Below, piece after piece: positions 15,001 to 20,300 of a stretch of DNA of 64,000 nucleotides. A program made the position numbers and the translations under genes. Below the pieces are notes generated by a model. That model ran no database searches. It was not told the origin of the DNA and was given only the letters and a program-made list of their open reading frames with translations. Each line of letters opens with the position of its first letter. Position 1 is the first letter of the stretch. Source of the DNA: Candidatus Omnitrophota bacterium (GTDB lineage: Bacteria > Omnitrophota > Gorgyraeia > Gygaellales > Profunditerraquicolaceae). The stretch lies in assembly GCA_041662125.1 (NCBI GenBank), contig JBAZTA010000002.1, positions 140,154 through 204,153 on the forward strand. Direction: 5' to 3'.

Positions 15001-17406
15001 TTGCCCCATGAATTAGCTCATGCGTTGTTGCCTGAAGATTCAGGGCCTCTGTATACCGAGGGGATCCCTGAATTATTAACAGCGATAAGCCTGCATGAAC
15101 AAGGGGCTAGCGGCCGCTATGAAACCCAGGTAACCAGAGTAACACGGCTGCTTATGCCGGATTTTTCCCTTTCTGAATTAGAGTTTAGTTTGAGCGAGAT
15201 CGCGATCCGGTATTATATCAAACATAAAAAATTCGGAGAATGGTCGTATGCTTTTGGAGAAGCGATGTTTGTCGCTCTCCAGTATTATTTTCCTGATAAT
15301 ACTTTCGCGCATTATAAGGCCGCGCGTCTTATGATCGAAGGGATGGGGATTGAAAATGCTATCCGTGTCGCTCAAGGTGGAGAAGTAGTTCCTGATGAAC
15401 AAGATGAAAATGCAAAACTTCTCCACATGTTAGCATGCAAAGACCGTGTGCAGCGTTTGCTTGAAGAGAAAAACATCCGCAGGAACATAAAAGGGGACGG
15501 TTCTATTTTTCAAAGTTCTTCATCGTTGGCGCTTCGGGTACAGGTGCCCGATTGTGTTTGCAAACGGTACAATCTTAACTCTGCACCAGGTGCGAAGTTG
15601 TATTTGCTTCAGGAGAGGATTCCTCGTTGTGCCTCGTCTTTCTTAGGTTGTTTTGTCGCGACACGGACAAGTAGTTCCCCTCTCTATAAGGTGATAAACG
15701 GCGGAAATATTGATGAGGACAGCCTTAGGGGAATCGCCCGCATTGATCAAGAAGTACAGAATTCGTCTTATTACACAGTTTTTCCAAGAGATAACGGCCT
15801 TATCTGGAGAATAGCGGCAGATCCGGCGAATACTATTTATCTTAATGTCCTGGAAAATAAAATTTCCGGGTATCTTATATCCGGGCCGTTTGCTGGTTAT
15901 CCTGCTTATCTTTATTATATGGCAGTTGTGCCTCTATATCCTAAAGGGTATCTCGAAACCGGCTTATTGCGGGAACATATCCAGGCGATGCAAGAGAGCG
16001 CTGTTAATCAGATAACGCTGCATGTTAATGAGGATAGTTATGCTGGAGAATTTTATTACAAATTATATCAGAAGGAATTACCTATGCAGGTTATCGGCGT
16101 TGGATTTAAACGGGAGCGCAATGATATAAGCCATGAAGGCGTTATATACCTGCCTGGCGAAGCCGGCCCCTATAAAAGAGTGCAGATATTCTTAAAGAAA
16201 AATTTAGCTGCTTCACCGATACATGATCATGATCTGTATAGCCAGGATACGGCATTAAAGAAGATGTATTCATCTCTATTCTTAAACAGGATAACCGGCC
16301 CGTGGTTGATGAAGAGATTCTTAAGGAAAGGTGATCCGGAGAGATTAGGCAGGTTTTTATTATCGCTTGATCTATGTGTGGGATGGCGGCAGATATCGAC
16401 TAAACAATTTGTTCGGACTAATAAAGGGATTATGAAAGCTGTTGAATTTGCCCTGCAGAAAGATTTACTCACCAAGTATAGTTTTAACAACTATGGGGAA
16501 GTCGAGGAGGTATTACAGAGAGGGCACATTATTATTCTTAACGGTTCTATCCCCGCATTGATCGATACCGTAAGTATCCTTAACCGAAAGAAATGGCTCA
16601 GGGCGTATTATTTGGCAAATGGCCATAGGATTGATTTGGATAGTTTAATGTCTTCAGCAGGGGCGATTGAGCTGCTTTTATCCGCAAACGTTTGCAGTTT
16701 AGGCCAGGCATCGGCGTCTCCGATTATCTCCCCGGTTGGATCAAAAGACGTGGAGTCTTTTTTAGAAGAAGGGCGCATTTCTTTGAATAATGTAAAAGGC
16801 GGGCCGGCGATAGTCATCGATTCTGATCTAACGATATTTTTAAAAAAACCATTTGTAAAGATTGGTGATATTAAGTGGCACCTTTCTGATACGTACGCGG
16901 AGAAAACAAAGTACCTGACGATAGATGAAATAACGATTAAGGAAACCCTTGATGGGCAGGATCTCCAGGGCGGTGGTATCGGAGAAACTGTTTTTGTTTT
17001 CCTCGCCGCCTATCTATTATATTTAGGGCAGCAATATGAAGTTGATTTTGAATTACGGGTTGATCGAGTAGGGGATATACGGCTGTTAAATATTGTAAAA
17101 AGTATTTTTGCCCAAAAGTATCTTTTTGTCGATAATCAACGTATGAGCCAATCTTCTGGAGAGATACATCTCATCCGCCCGGGCAGCACAAAATTAATAC
17201 AACCGGTTGATATCCGCGTAGTTGTTTCTGCGCAAAGCATTATTTCTCAGCATATTGCTGTGAGCAGGAGCGCTTCTTCAGCGATAGAAGAAAAAAAAGC
17301 TTTTGAAGAGTCAGAGCGTGGGAGTGCCATGAAATTTACCATTACGCATACACAAAATCAAAAAGAAAGGCAGGTGAGGTTACGATGGAAGAGCGCAGGC
17401 ACCTAA
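31..17406 (+). CDS. giant multidomain protein (at least 5791 aa; the frame is still open at nt 1, so it may start upstream of the window)
   Basis: An ORF of 17.4 kb with no stop is far too long to arise by chance at this base composition. There is no in-frame stop in nt 1-30 and no good SD before the ATG at 31. The product contains many recognisable catalytic motifs, listed below as sub-features. Confidence 0.9.
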   Translation: MSSKGELSADEVALQDLKQGIIRIKREYHNFFQLFNTMLRAVYFKNKLGFVFDARLESIINGRNWQERLINLITIQIPYFFDRVFHLKFEPWVTWMLFKSHVKKTEIKLKGVLSKGEKTSAGSPVSNVLGALAINSQGYAQTFSRWIPGLDIVSPVDTENITGFVQWLNWHGFNQYHDGFDFAAYRSADGLCALGLPAYTPVRAVAKGTIVSAGIEQMFRGEKMEELMYYFQIVIEHGEEDSGLTSTYLHVTPKLSMCREVIKGQVIGYVYNDNYERNTQGVYLNHLHFRINNGFRDQRNLVDPAVILPELNRLYCQPQGAARFKVEGIDGEPVISLPSSKKLLGVRYEPLTHRSASAVSAMLMLSETCNPERVFILAGAARAPPAVSSSSPMIKAMHGRSKTGIFVSAFNPLTTAMEVMMEEARKQYGLDKIILMLTANPLYTKAYGTTLEQRKEMLQLFVESNPQYSYQVINKSLYVDILEALKKQLHHDDLYVILGMRSFERILSWDYGSNQEALPALFEGHHFLIANEKDLRFEDFKNNSLFCRTYAGNLHPLHIDEEYQKHSSAEVRVFVKEKASLAGLVPDEIFQYIQQKGIYQGFAEYAQGRVALSGQTFKEYLLTMMASCKRIDGKGKVMERVKEFIRERLSQGGKVSILSIGCGQAIDLVVLKEAFPDNPYIEYLGIDINPDIVDEARLVASDMHFIVRDIIEQDISDLKRRFDVVMVTNTLHEVYSYYGRPTRRVEERINHELGLSYVSQALGNITQMLKAAGHLYVYDGADTARDEQSDQIVIRFKKRNIKDAFYTFAHEFLPKEVPYEQVNGDEYMVRISKKDFMHFVCEYQYVGDQRWDIEKEESWQYFSVEEYVTVLSGLGFTVSVDNFSPERQLKLWSEDIEIISENVDFPRIVLFIEASLDKKRKIQAIDEQDAAFLVPEVKSNDHKGSRGRVLIAGGSIGKYLGALQLASKAALQSGSGMVYAGVLKYLWSMFYAKSADEVMACALPHRKDHSFDLLSAEGLLREASQNKIDALAIGPGLIVKEEQSHEIMYRLLRNIQVPLVLDAGALNALAGKASILRNAWGRTVITPHIVEMARLSGIPVAEIMSRRIDVAREFACAYGTVVVLKGDENDRTLVACPDGSVYSNSTGNKYMAKAGMGDVLTGIIVSFIGQGLSSREAAVLGVYVHGLAADMVVSIQKRKRGLLPTHVIEQLSFAIDSLWEHRESFVHRDKAVQITPHEFRRIAAVYGLEIDSDSLDFQGLNNKVAILDTHNKGKVVIKKSVWDLKGTLWEQELFNNLANRQLPEIIYTEEGNAAYVEADAIFTVYRFDSLGRIYAYEELTAEMFKSLAEFLAWLHVSTMDGRVLHVRGERITDPVVKFAGVDDRMLKLDEAYQRFIAKNPAGWNFGERLFVEHQPFFKEQIALAIRHLAGIYERLPRAVIHGDFRAENVTISGDHISKVLDWEIAREEVRVYDLIRSLFYDLHKSGAEFNMDELKIWVILYQKAAEKFGYPLTREEIMIIPEMLRLKFIQQFSWLVRWNTIERLEQDQNERRFFENLIKAAKVLDEQDWQKFFADVLSVSRWDPRNCLEEYDFARKKINEVNGNIEHAAVLVAQYRQIKKQDRPIKISVFVPTANCLHNAHQRLIEVAQDIRLPGGDRFDETIVLLGTKHAEKEVKGMSLEDRILTVKAVFDEHKAEGTAGIDKLFLVNTGWYLEMVVALKAYYRENYFQEIEVYFIIGKDSMQSTLASEFGKLLEESYFVVMDRQGSRIEDTLEYKELVKEKDKILTLQFIPKPEEADLSSSKIRQMVKDGLSVGRLVPLAVNAFIIETGVYRDREMYEERLVRLEKMLEGRRLLASSSPITFKDVNILGVEEEKLGILPLMFLKQNKGNYRFGYQISNGHGRYWEVRQQKTVRYIGKDIRSLFKSIAVRQDIEQFDAAGNREEKIVIVLPTVGDPLYKQWLQSQVQSLGNHYRLTFVVNLSLKDTLGLNTTRMGWHLGKISYVHISHQEIYKLEFQNRNLVRPTESLYEYFKYPYSRYLGNKVTQENIIDLGIGEISIVSALHKAIEPVADKREIDLLRDIIKTGEFEQVYYMFSYLLDTGKDDYQFLAKLYVFFDYEDFLERFGERKAKILHSLYSDYLEARWSKSSSAMLTRRQFITVLAGSVLFADVRNAFAQKIMKGLELGEIMQKEFKDLAFAEAEYLNYTFGLFSVSRTVQERIKVIAPLYASRERLNFVKADNVARLAASLGYYFDGRVPSVTIALNNPQTKQYSYLIVFQSDLFGQNQNHFPGVLAHELFGHVYDFEANPHKYNNDIAKALSLKKYVLISEEFAYATAEAILQEIIVKLKQKHAQLPKEQKIASLAVIEIFEADLAQHKEAHRYWKQKASSPFSCQPLIVSAVSPVEAFMQLMSGMHKKKIMPYYGSDNAGWEEFVKAVKALRKEKDIDATVISGPDLDCDSFEAFYESIGYVPSAMSFLLGKNGKITKTEREKEFLRYCIGNIYQHVSKGIGLILRYETALEGGRCAIISLSDNGDGFIHGDSQRLVPISEAIRFGKRFSFGAGGHAGRGLPLALIQADISVIITPQEAAIIHPRRRKPGDTGMRILQSVKVAKGAWRGTCICGVIYTGESKGSCSREVICTWEKLLSFLSVASSPLSKPHNQTGPDCSQITLKALLSELDSLQMALGCETSFNIIRITSWLTLPLEEFVANAALLVSKIKGWEDKKKIAVLWALREVAGEFPRSDIAQAKKYLQGKTEKCLIDLSDESLEALNSELSSSGWIFIRNRNLGNTVTELMPQAQCMVDKAIRQLIGDDEYERLFGFLGRYDDIVAKSRRVITLSQEIQQILRSISQPCSSPQAQGQNVSIDEDRLESFMSSLICSGKSFSLVTSPKVIEQMNIWDFPYLNTLLEQHIQVGQVQQDYLEPHYLKIKKQQPELIIGIGMGSVIEWAKLLGHKLDKNVIVIPSAVSTNAMFTRSVIIGNGAGDSFTRTTIPAKAPSKVIIDTRFASLNRRGNISGAGNLFGNRIDLVDWDLAIKYGQESDTQQEHRDRVRRQMNLIEDILWHDDEAISANTRHGVSQLTELNCWLSGLTQEVNPHGPDGTSIRILFDSIKRQSPNIKLIHGEGVAIATILMAYLYNLDYRMFITDAQRLGLPVAIKDIGLTRESLVLSLLTAKPDKRGFSWFNNNSIQEEQARRVIDAVFGANLTSGKVGKIRPHYSWRGREEDIPALSGGPHQRAEIIAGYLSEQGIYSDPKAELPSRQELMKIINTASLAMNCNSEKGMLGRNINEITAECLFREGHVIFIPKLDEFACIMSDVQGDLLSLNSLLEQAGFVHNMESGKKNIRLIALGDYIDGGINNLGVLVRLMELKIKYPEHVILLRGNHESRNDREAVKHFPAYERDRFRRLNQSKMLRELGYVKSQSYLIFELIARYGAQDADKIYGSLLNLFKQLPTLAVTATRLVMAHGNAPNEDNVSLIDIAYNDKIAKQIRVNSFWGDKDSPNERLTGSSYKIRKKGFENFLRRIGGKIFIGGHVSKESGNIQCDGKMIVIHSQNNLASRDSGYYFFRQGIGKGCYIWLPLNISYDLFPQEALRIMPSSSNSLALTCASPLALRNNENEITCFSIYETIMPSFTLNLDQFKHNLKRASLGKFIFVKQLSHNTWLMRGIDNKKRLTIKIITPSMTKKAGCLRNIKDTKRIINIIDKWDPPHKMLAQGFYITDREGSLAVVSRYVIGVDLQEFLTEGRRKFNNPELYVKWSVQVAKKILPQVRDSVSYLYREIPGLKVFDAAPSNLIVSSQGVTWLLDVFMLNTRNNDETTAVIEVNHMIDLIARIIAKEFEPFKIEKMIEAYLIYGYPYLDDICDLIKKQCASPLAQNVLNVWSQLKRFLIPENKISRYQPLEIKLDGIVGQNIDNPLVYHQRLEFLRAERINLLRNLICYELIVELGHGGNPNLYEDIRRVGFQGSYSALDYFPFNQRCPLKGFPHVEIDVRNAGAVNEIIGKLPAAIVSNNFLRHLGAHYAQGICSRDNAYMVAELLHSYNADLHMHVGGIPSDEAERNSRFAVQDQMEYINYMNQIPEALIKKGWRVIFLEHHGYRDWVFIRDGSYISSVMAEWFKNIISSEDKIKISPNACGGTAASPLAERLRHHAFVRQLGGEAITFLVSLLKRPSSEFVADDLLSAFKTFNSNKKIKIIKLSGEPSELAGKLEEYLNGSSDTLVLVELKLEFLYHIEYAVIIDEARYIKSQLNKITKGSVSNYDFEFVFSAAVFERYVNFDYISLGRTPEVVARLREKHLMSKTFKKIVVFLENRHLNNKVRFSIAKGNSLMEHWAKKYFSAECIVPSENLQYWEGIIGARALSSSPLIFSRNSSSSIGLNRGSPRIIQKRIMPNILSYRAVFTLLTPCIWTLAGLALLPYSFARQLVLIPVAVVIVSYSATASLFWLIRIFRYRNLSWKAKESFARVFMHLRIFNIFLGAALLLLIGLNIADAKLPKCLHLTGTVQWGFSLWAVVDIVQHFIYKMVGGVRGLRDEMLWNIVLSVLGKPYDFSRPKGGTVGRELSKLIERINKREICASSPLDGQAILLKTWQQVANVGDLDQIRAMDIFGFARALGAKEMQPKRFDSLRSLCGLSVTPALVCISIEAWHRIRGDRIAEGLKEKHYDILIRNLSRIPQIDGPGLYYRKKGVQNYPKSAFVHELLEFNVINSGLINSNFYNFLGNSHQIVLEGELRFARLIGIHEFSLSLENMQKRIDTLKDVISQYSIIEAKREILRISLEIKSLINSSYTDDFLKSSLELWHQARKTASSPLAYGVGLRSLFLGKKLPLRHERFAYCQIKEIYRNLYPELSAQAVERFLSRISLGEFSMVHFFGRIPLVGIMFYVFSRVVVCLVAALFAAGVFSVVQTCGIGQALSHLDIDLLSFKEKFIFGIIASTALLKPLTSDVREFAKTLRKAKGICIIDPVGTATILFRPQRKAKLSFDLSPVLPHELAHALLPEDSGPLYTEGIPELLTAISLHEQGASGRYETQVTRVTRLLMPDFSLSELEFSLSEIAIRYYIKHKKFGEWSYAFGEAMFVALQYYFPDNTFAHYKAARLMIEGMGIENAIRVAQGGEVVPDEQDENAKLLHMLACKDRVQRLLEEKNIRRNIKGDGSIFQSSSSLALRVQVPDCVCKRYNLNSAPGAKLYLLQERIPRCASSFLGCFVATRTSSSPLYKVINGGNIDEDSLRGIARIDQEVQNSSYYTVFPRDNGLIWRIAADPANTIYLNVLENKISGYLISGPFAGYPAYLYYMAVVPLYPKGYLETGLLREHIQAMQESAVNQITLHVNEDSYAGEFYYKLYQKELPMQVIGVGFKRERNDISHEGVIYLPGEAGPYKRVQIFLKKNLAASPIHDHDLYSQDTALKKMYSSLFLNRITGPWLMKRFLRKGDPERLGRFLLSLDLCVGWRQISTKQFVRTNKGIMKAVEFALQKDLLTKYSFNNYGEVEEVLQRGHIIILNGSIPALIDTVSILNRKKWLRAYYLANGHRIDLDSLMSSAGAIELLLSANVCSLGQASASPIISPVGSKDVESFLEEGRISLNNVKGGPAIVIDSDLTIFLKKPFVKIGDIKWHLSDTYAEKTKYLTIDEITIKETLDGQDLQGGGIGETVFVFLAAYLLYLGQQYEVDFELRVDRVGDIRLLNIVKSIFAQKYLFVDNQRMSQSSGEIHLIRPGSTKLIQPVDIRVVVSAQSIISQHIAVSRSASSAIEEKKAFEESERGSAMKFTITHTQNQKERQVRLRWKSAGT
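430..960 (+). other. domain in the giant ORF: peptidase M23 (LytM-like)
   Basis: HDGFDF (HxxxD) lies at about nt 559 and HLHFRI (HxH) at about nt 886. These are the characteristic zinc ligands of M23 peptidases. Confidence 0.6.
1230..1830 (+). other. domain in the giant ORF: NadD/cytidylyltransferase-like nucleotidyltransferase fold (copy 1, degenerate)
   Basis: GIFVSAFNPLTTAM resembles the GxFxPxHxxH box, with His replaced. The C-terminal ...SSAEVRVFV... resembles the SxxxIR motif. Confidence 0.35.
1900..2600 (+). other. domain in the giant ORF: class I SAM-dependent methyltransferase
   Basis: Motif I is ILSIGCGQAIDL, motif II is YLGIDINPDIVDEAR, and a later motif is FDVVMVTNTLHEV. Confidence 0.65.
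2840..3640 (+). other. domain in the giant ORF: NAD(P)H-hydrate dehydratase (YjeF C-terminal / Nnr2-like carbohydrate-kinase fold)
   Basis: The family signatures GSRGRVLIAGGSIGKYLGALQLA, VITPHIVEMARL, VVVLKG..T and GMGDVLTGII occur in the canonical order. Confidence 0.75.
3900..4700 (+). other. domain in the giant ORF: aminoglycoside-phosphotransferase/choline-kinase-like (APH) kinase
   Basis: VIHGDFRAENV is the Brenner HGDxxxxN catalytic loop. VLDWE is the metal-binding DxE. Both lie at nt 4345-4420. Confidence 0.7.
4900..5530 (+). other. domain in the giant ORF: NadD/cytidylyltransferase-like nucleotidyltransferase fold (copy 2)
   Basis: ISVFVPTANCLHNAHQRL resembles the (H/T)xGH box. The SSSKIRQMV tail resembles the SxxxIR motif. 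Confidence 0.45.
8840..8970 (+). other. domain in the giant ORF: DHQ-synthase/Fe-alcohol-dehydrogenase-like nucleotide-binding segment
   Basis: GIGMGSVIEWAKLLG followed by VIVIPSAVSTNAMFT resembles the GGGSxxDxAK and PTTxxTGSE blocks of the DHQS/glycerol dehydrogenase superfamily. Confidence 0.35.
9950..10750 (+). other. domain in the giant ORF: PPP-family (calcineurin-like) metallophosphatase, possibly divergent
   Basis: GDLLS stands in for GDxHG, GDYIDGG for GDxVDRG, and LLRGNHE is a perfect GNHE motif. The first-motif His and the Arg of motif 2 are substituted. Confidence 0.55.
13200..13620 (+). other. domain in the giant ORF: cluster of about 4 predicted transmembrane helices, with another at about 14640-14770
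   Basis: Long hydrophobic runs occur at VFTLLTPCIWTLAGLALLPY, LVLIPVAVVIVSYSATASLFWLI, IFLGAALLLLIGLNIA and FSLWAVVDIVQHFIY. A later run is LVGIMFYVFSRVVVCLVAALFAAGVF. Confidence 0.5.
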
Positions 17407-18092
17407 CAAGGTGGCATATCAATAAAGATTGTAAAATAAAGCTGGAAGGGGCTTTAGCATATGCTGATGCTCAGGTTAAGGATGTTAATTTTAAAGGAGG
17501 AAGTATTTCTTTAAAAAAACATTTAGTGCTGGATAAATTCTTAAAAATGCATATAATAATTTCTGAGGGGTTCTCTTTTGAAGCAGAGCTTTGGATCATC
17601 TGGCAGAAGCGAATTGCTGACACTACCGTTTATGGCTTTTGTTTCAAAACCCTTAAGGACCAGGATAAGGAGCAGTTATATAAATTTATCCGCAACCAAT
17701 ATCCCGGGCAGCTCAACCGGCAATGGTGGAGAGAGGATATTAAAAAAGGAGGAGGTACTGTTATGCACGATGAGAGTTTCGATGATAAAAGGATTTTTGA
17801 GCGGTTTTCGGTTAGTTTATCGTTAAAACTGTTAGCGTTAGATTCCAATATGGAAGATGCCGCGCAGGTGCAGGATATTAGTGCTAAAGGATTGGGTTTA
17901 GTGACAAGAGGCTGGTACCCTCCTCATACGCCGCTTGAGATGTGGCTTTCTGTTCCTGACCAGGGGCAGCCGCTTTATACCCGAGGTTCTGTATCATGGT
18001 CAAATCTGGAAGGCCCTGATAATTTCAGGACAGGCGTTGAATTAGAAAAAGCTGATTTAATGGGAGTTTCTCGAGTCTTGAGGGCGGTGTAA
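17385..18092 (+). CDS. tandem PilZ-domain protein (c-di-GMP receptor-like)
   Basis: Two PilZ signatures are present: RRHLTRW...DVNFKGGSISL and RIFERFSVSL...QDISAKGLGL. An SD (aggtgagg) lies 7 nt upstream. The start overlaps the giant ORF stop by 22 nt. Confidence 0.7.
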   Translation: MEERRHLTRWHINKDCKIKLEGALAYADAQVKDVNFKGGSISLKKHLVLDKFLKMHIIISEGFSFEAELWIIWQKRIADTTVYGFCFKTLKDQDKEQLYKFIRNQYPGQLNRQWWREDIKKGGGTVMHDESFDDKRIFERFSVSLSLKLLALDSNMEDAAQVQDISAKGLGLVTRGWYPPHTPLEMWLSVPDQGQPLYTRGSVSWSNLEGPDNFRTGVELEKADLMGVSRVLRAV

Positions 18093-18234
18093 TGAGCAGC
18101 GCAATAAAGTGCAATGTTTTCGTTTATGAAGAGTAAGAAGGCATGGTAATTATTTTTTAATAAGATAGTAAAGAGTTTTATAAATAATTTTTATTTTAGT
18201 TCCTTTGGGTTTTATTAAAATTGAGTATTAAAGT

Positions 18235-19704
18235 ATGGTTTTGAAGTTTTCCATGAAAGATACGATAGCCGCGATAGCTACTGCTCCGGGGGTATCGGCA
18301 ATCGGTATTATTAAAATAAGCGGTTCGCAAGCCTTGGAGATCGCCGATAGAGTTTTTATTGCGCAAAGCGGGGTAAATCCTTCGCAATGCAAAAGTTATA
18401 CGGTTCATTATGGATGGGTTGTTGCGGGAAAGAACGCAGATAAGCTTGCGCCCTCTGCCCCGCAATCGCAGAAAAAAATCTTTTCCTGTAAACCAGCCTG
18501 CCTGAAAAAAAATATCCTTGATGAGGCCATCTTGACCGTGATGCGCGCGCCGAAAAGCTATACCAGAGAAGATGTTGTGGAGATCAGCTGCCACGGAGGC
18601 TATGTTGCCGCACGCGCAGTCTTAGGTGTTGTTTTAGAAAAGAGATGCCGTTTAGCAGAGCCCGGAGAATTTACCAAGCGGGCATTTTTAAACGGAAGGA
18701 TCGATTTATCTCAGGCAGAAGCTGTCCTGGATATTATTAAAGCAAAAACCGATTCTGCTTTAAAGTTGGGCCTCCAGCAATTAGAAGGTGTTTTTTCCCG
18801 GCAGATTAATTCTTTAAGGGATGATATTGTTAAGATCCTTGCGCTTATTGAAGTGCAGATCGATTTTCCGGAAGAATACTCTGGCGATGCGGGGAAAAAA
18901 GAACTTTGCCGCGGGTTGGAGGATATTCATTCCAGGCTGAGCTGTATGCTTGAAGAAGCAAAACACGGGCAGGTATACCGTGAAGGGATCCATGTTGTTA
19001 TTTGCGGCATGCCCAATACCGGCAAGTCGTCTCTTTTGAACGCCCTGTTAAGAAAGGAACGTTCTATTGTCACTTCCGTTGCCGGGACTACCAGGGATAT
19101 TATTGAAGAGGTCATCGATATTAAAGGTATTCCGGTACGGATCGTTGATACTGCCGGAATTATTGAGCCGCGTGATTTGATTGAAAGAAAAGCCGTCAAG
19201 CGCAGCCGCCAGTGTATTGACTCAGCTGATCTGGTCATCGCGGTTTTTGATGCCGCTCGGCGGTTACGCGCTGATGATAAGGTTTTGATGCGGGCCTTGG
19301 TTAAGAAGAAAAAGGTAGTTATAGCAGTCCTTAATAAAATTGATTTAAAGATCAATATCCAGCAGGAGGAAGTGACAAGGCGATTTCCCTCGTGTGTCGC
19401 TCTTTCTGCGAAGAAATCAAAAAATATAAATCTTTTAGAACGAACGATCGTAGAATTGGTCCAAACAGGCCGAGTGGCGCTTGGAGAATCCAGGTCGTTC
19501 ATTAATACACGCCACCAGCATGTCATTGCTCAAGCGCACCGTAATCTTAAAAGTGCGCTCTGTTCCTTAAGAGAAGATTTGTCGTTTGAGTATGTTGCTC
19601 AAGATATTAAAGATGCGGTATCTTGCCTGGATGAACTCCTCGGGAAGCGGTTCTCGGAAGATGTCCTGGATAAGATTTTTAACGAGTTTTGTATTGGTAA
19701 GTAA
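18235..19704 (+). CDS. mnmE: tRNA modification GTPase MnmE (TrmE)
   Basis: The N-terminus is [14 protein letters not shown]1 is [18 protein letters not shown] is present, and the C-terminus ends CIGK. The alternative start is at 18253. Confidence 0.9.
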   Translation: MVLKFSMKDTIAAIATAPGVSAIGIIKISGSQALEIADRVFIAQSGVNPSQCKSYTVHYGWVVAGKNADKLAPSAPQSQKKIFSCKPACLKKNILDEAILTVMRAPKSYTREDVVEISCHGGYVAARAVLGVVLEKRCRLAEPGEFTKRAFLNGRIDLSQAEAVLDIIKAKTDSALKLGLQQLEGVFSRQINSLRDDIVKILALIEVQIDFPEEYSGDAGKKELCRGLEDIHSRLSCMLEEAKHGQVYREGIHVVICGMPNTGKSSLLNALLRKERSIVTSVAGTTRDIIEEVIDIKGIPVRIVDTAGIIEPRDLIERKAVKRSRQCIDSADLVIAVFDAARRLRADDKVLMRALVKKKKVVIAVLNKIDLKINIQQEEVTRRFPSCVALSAKKSKNINLLERTIVELVQTGRVALGESRSFINTRHQHVIAQAHRNLKSALCSLREDLSFEYVAQDIKDAVSCLDELLGKRFSEDVLDKIFNEFCIGK

Positions 19705-19717
19705 AAGTGAGGTGGAT

Positions 19718-20275
19718 ATGGATTTAAAAAAGATTGAAAAGGCAGTCAGGGATATATTAGAGGCGATCGGCGAAAATCCGAAGAAAAAAGACCTCTTAGA
19801 TACTCCTAAGCGTGTCGCGGAAATGTACGGGGAAATATTCGCGGGGATCCATCAAGACCCTGAAGAAGAGATGGAAGTTATTTTAGACCAGAAACACAGT
19901 GAAATCGTTTTACTGAAAGATATTCCGCTCTATAGTGTTTGTGAACATCATCTCCTGCCGTTTTTCGGTAAAGCGCATGTTGCGTATATCCCTAAACACG
20001 GCAGGGTTACCGGTTTGAGTAAGCTGGCCCGTGTCGTTGATATATTCTCCCGCAGGCCTCAGGTCCAGGAACGATTAACGACACAGATCGCTGAGATTAT
20101 CATGAGAAAGTTGAAACCTTTGGGGGTCATGGTTGTGATTGAGGCGGAACACTTGTGTATGTCGATGCGGGGGGTAAGAAAACCAGGGACGCTCACCGTG
20201 ACTTCAGCGGTACGGGGAATATTCGAAGATAACCAAAAAACGCGTTCAGAAGCTTTAATGCTGATGAAGTCATAA
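19718..20275 (+). CDS. folE: GTP cyclohydrolase I
   Basis: [18 protein letters not shown] and QVQERLT motifs are present. A GAGGTG SD precedes the ATG at 19718. The longer ORF from 19586 would overlap mnmE and is not supported. Confidence 0.85.
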   Translation: MDLKKIEKAVRDILEAIGENPKKKDLLDTPKRVAEMYGEIFAGIHQDPEEEMEVILDQKHSEIVLLKDIPLYSVCEHHLLPFFGKAHVAYIPKHGRVTGLSKLARVVDIFSRRPQVQERLTTQIAEIIMRKLKPLGVMVVIEAEHLCMSMRGVRKPGTLTVTSAVRGIFEDNQKTRSEALMLMKS

Positions 20276-20300
20276 ATTAAAAAAAGTTTTGGAATGATTT

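Noticed and set aside
978-16817. Many 60-194 codon ORFs on the minus strand and in other plus frames inside the giant gene (for example 3256-3840 minus strand and 7911-8408 minus strand).
   Set aside because: All are embedded antisense or out of frame within a continuous, motif-rich 17.4 kb coding frame. They have no SD signals and low-complexity translations, so they are shadow ORFs.
19586-20275. A longer folE ORF starting at 19586.
   Set aside because: It would overlap the mnmE 3' end by 118 nt. The canonical FolE N-terminus ([10 protein letters not shown]) starts at the ATG at 19718, which has a GAGGTG SD.
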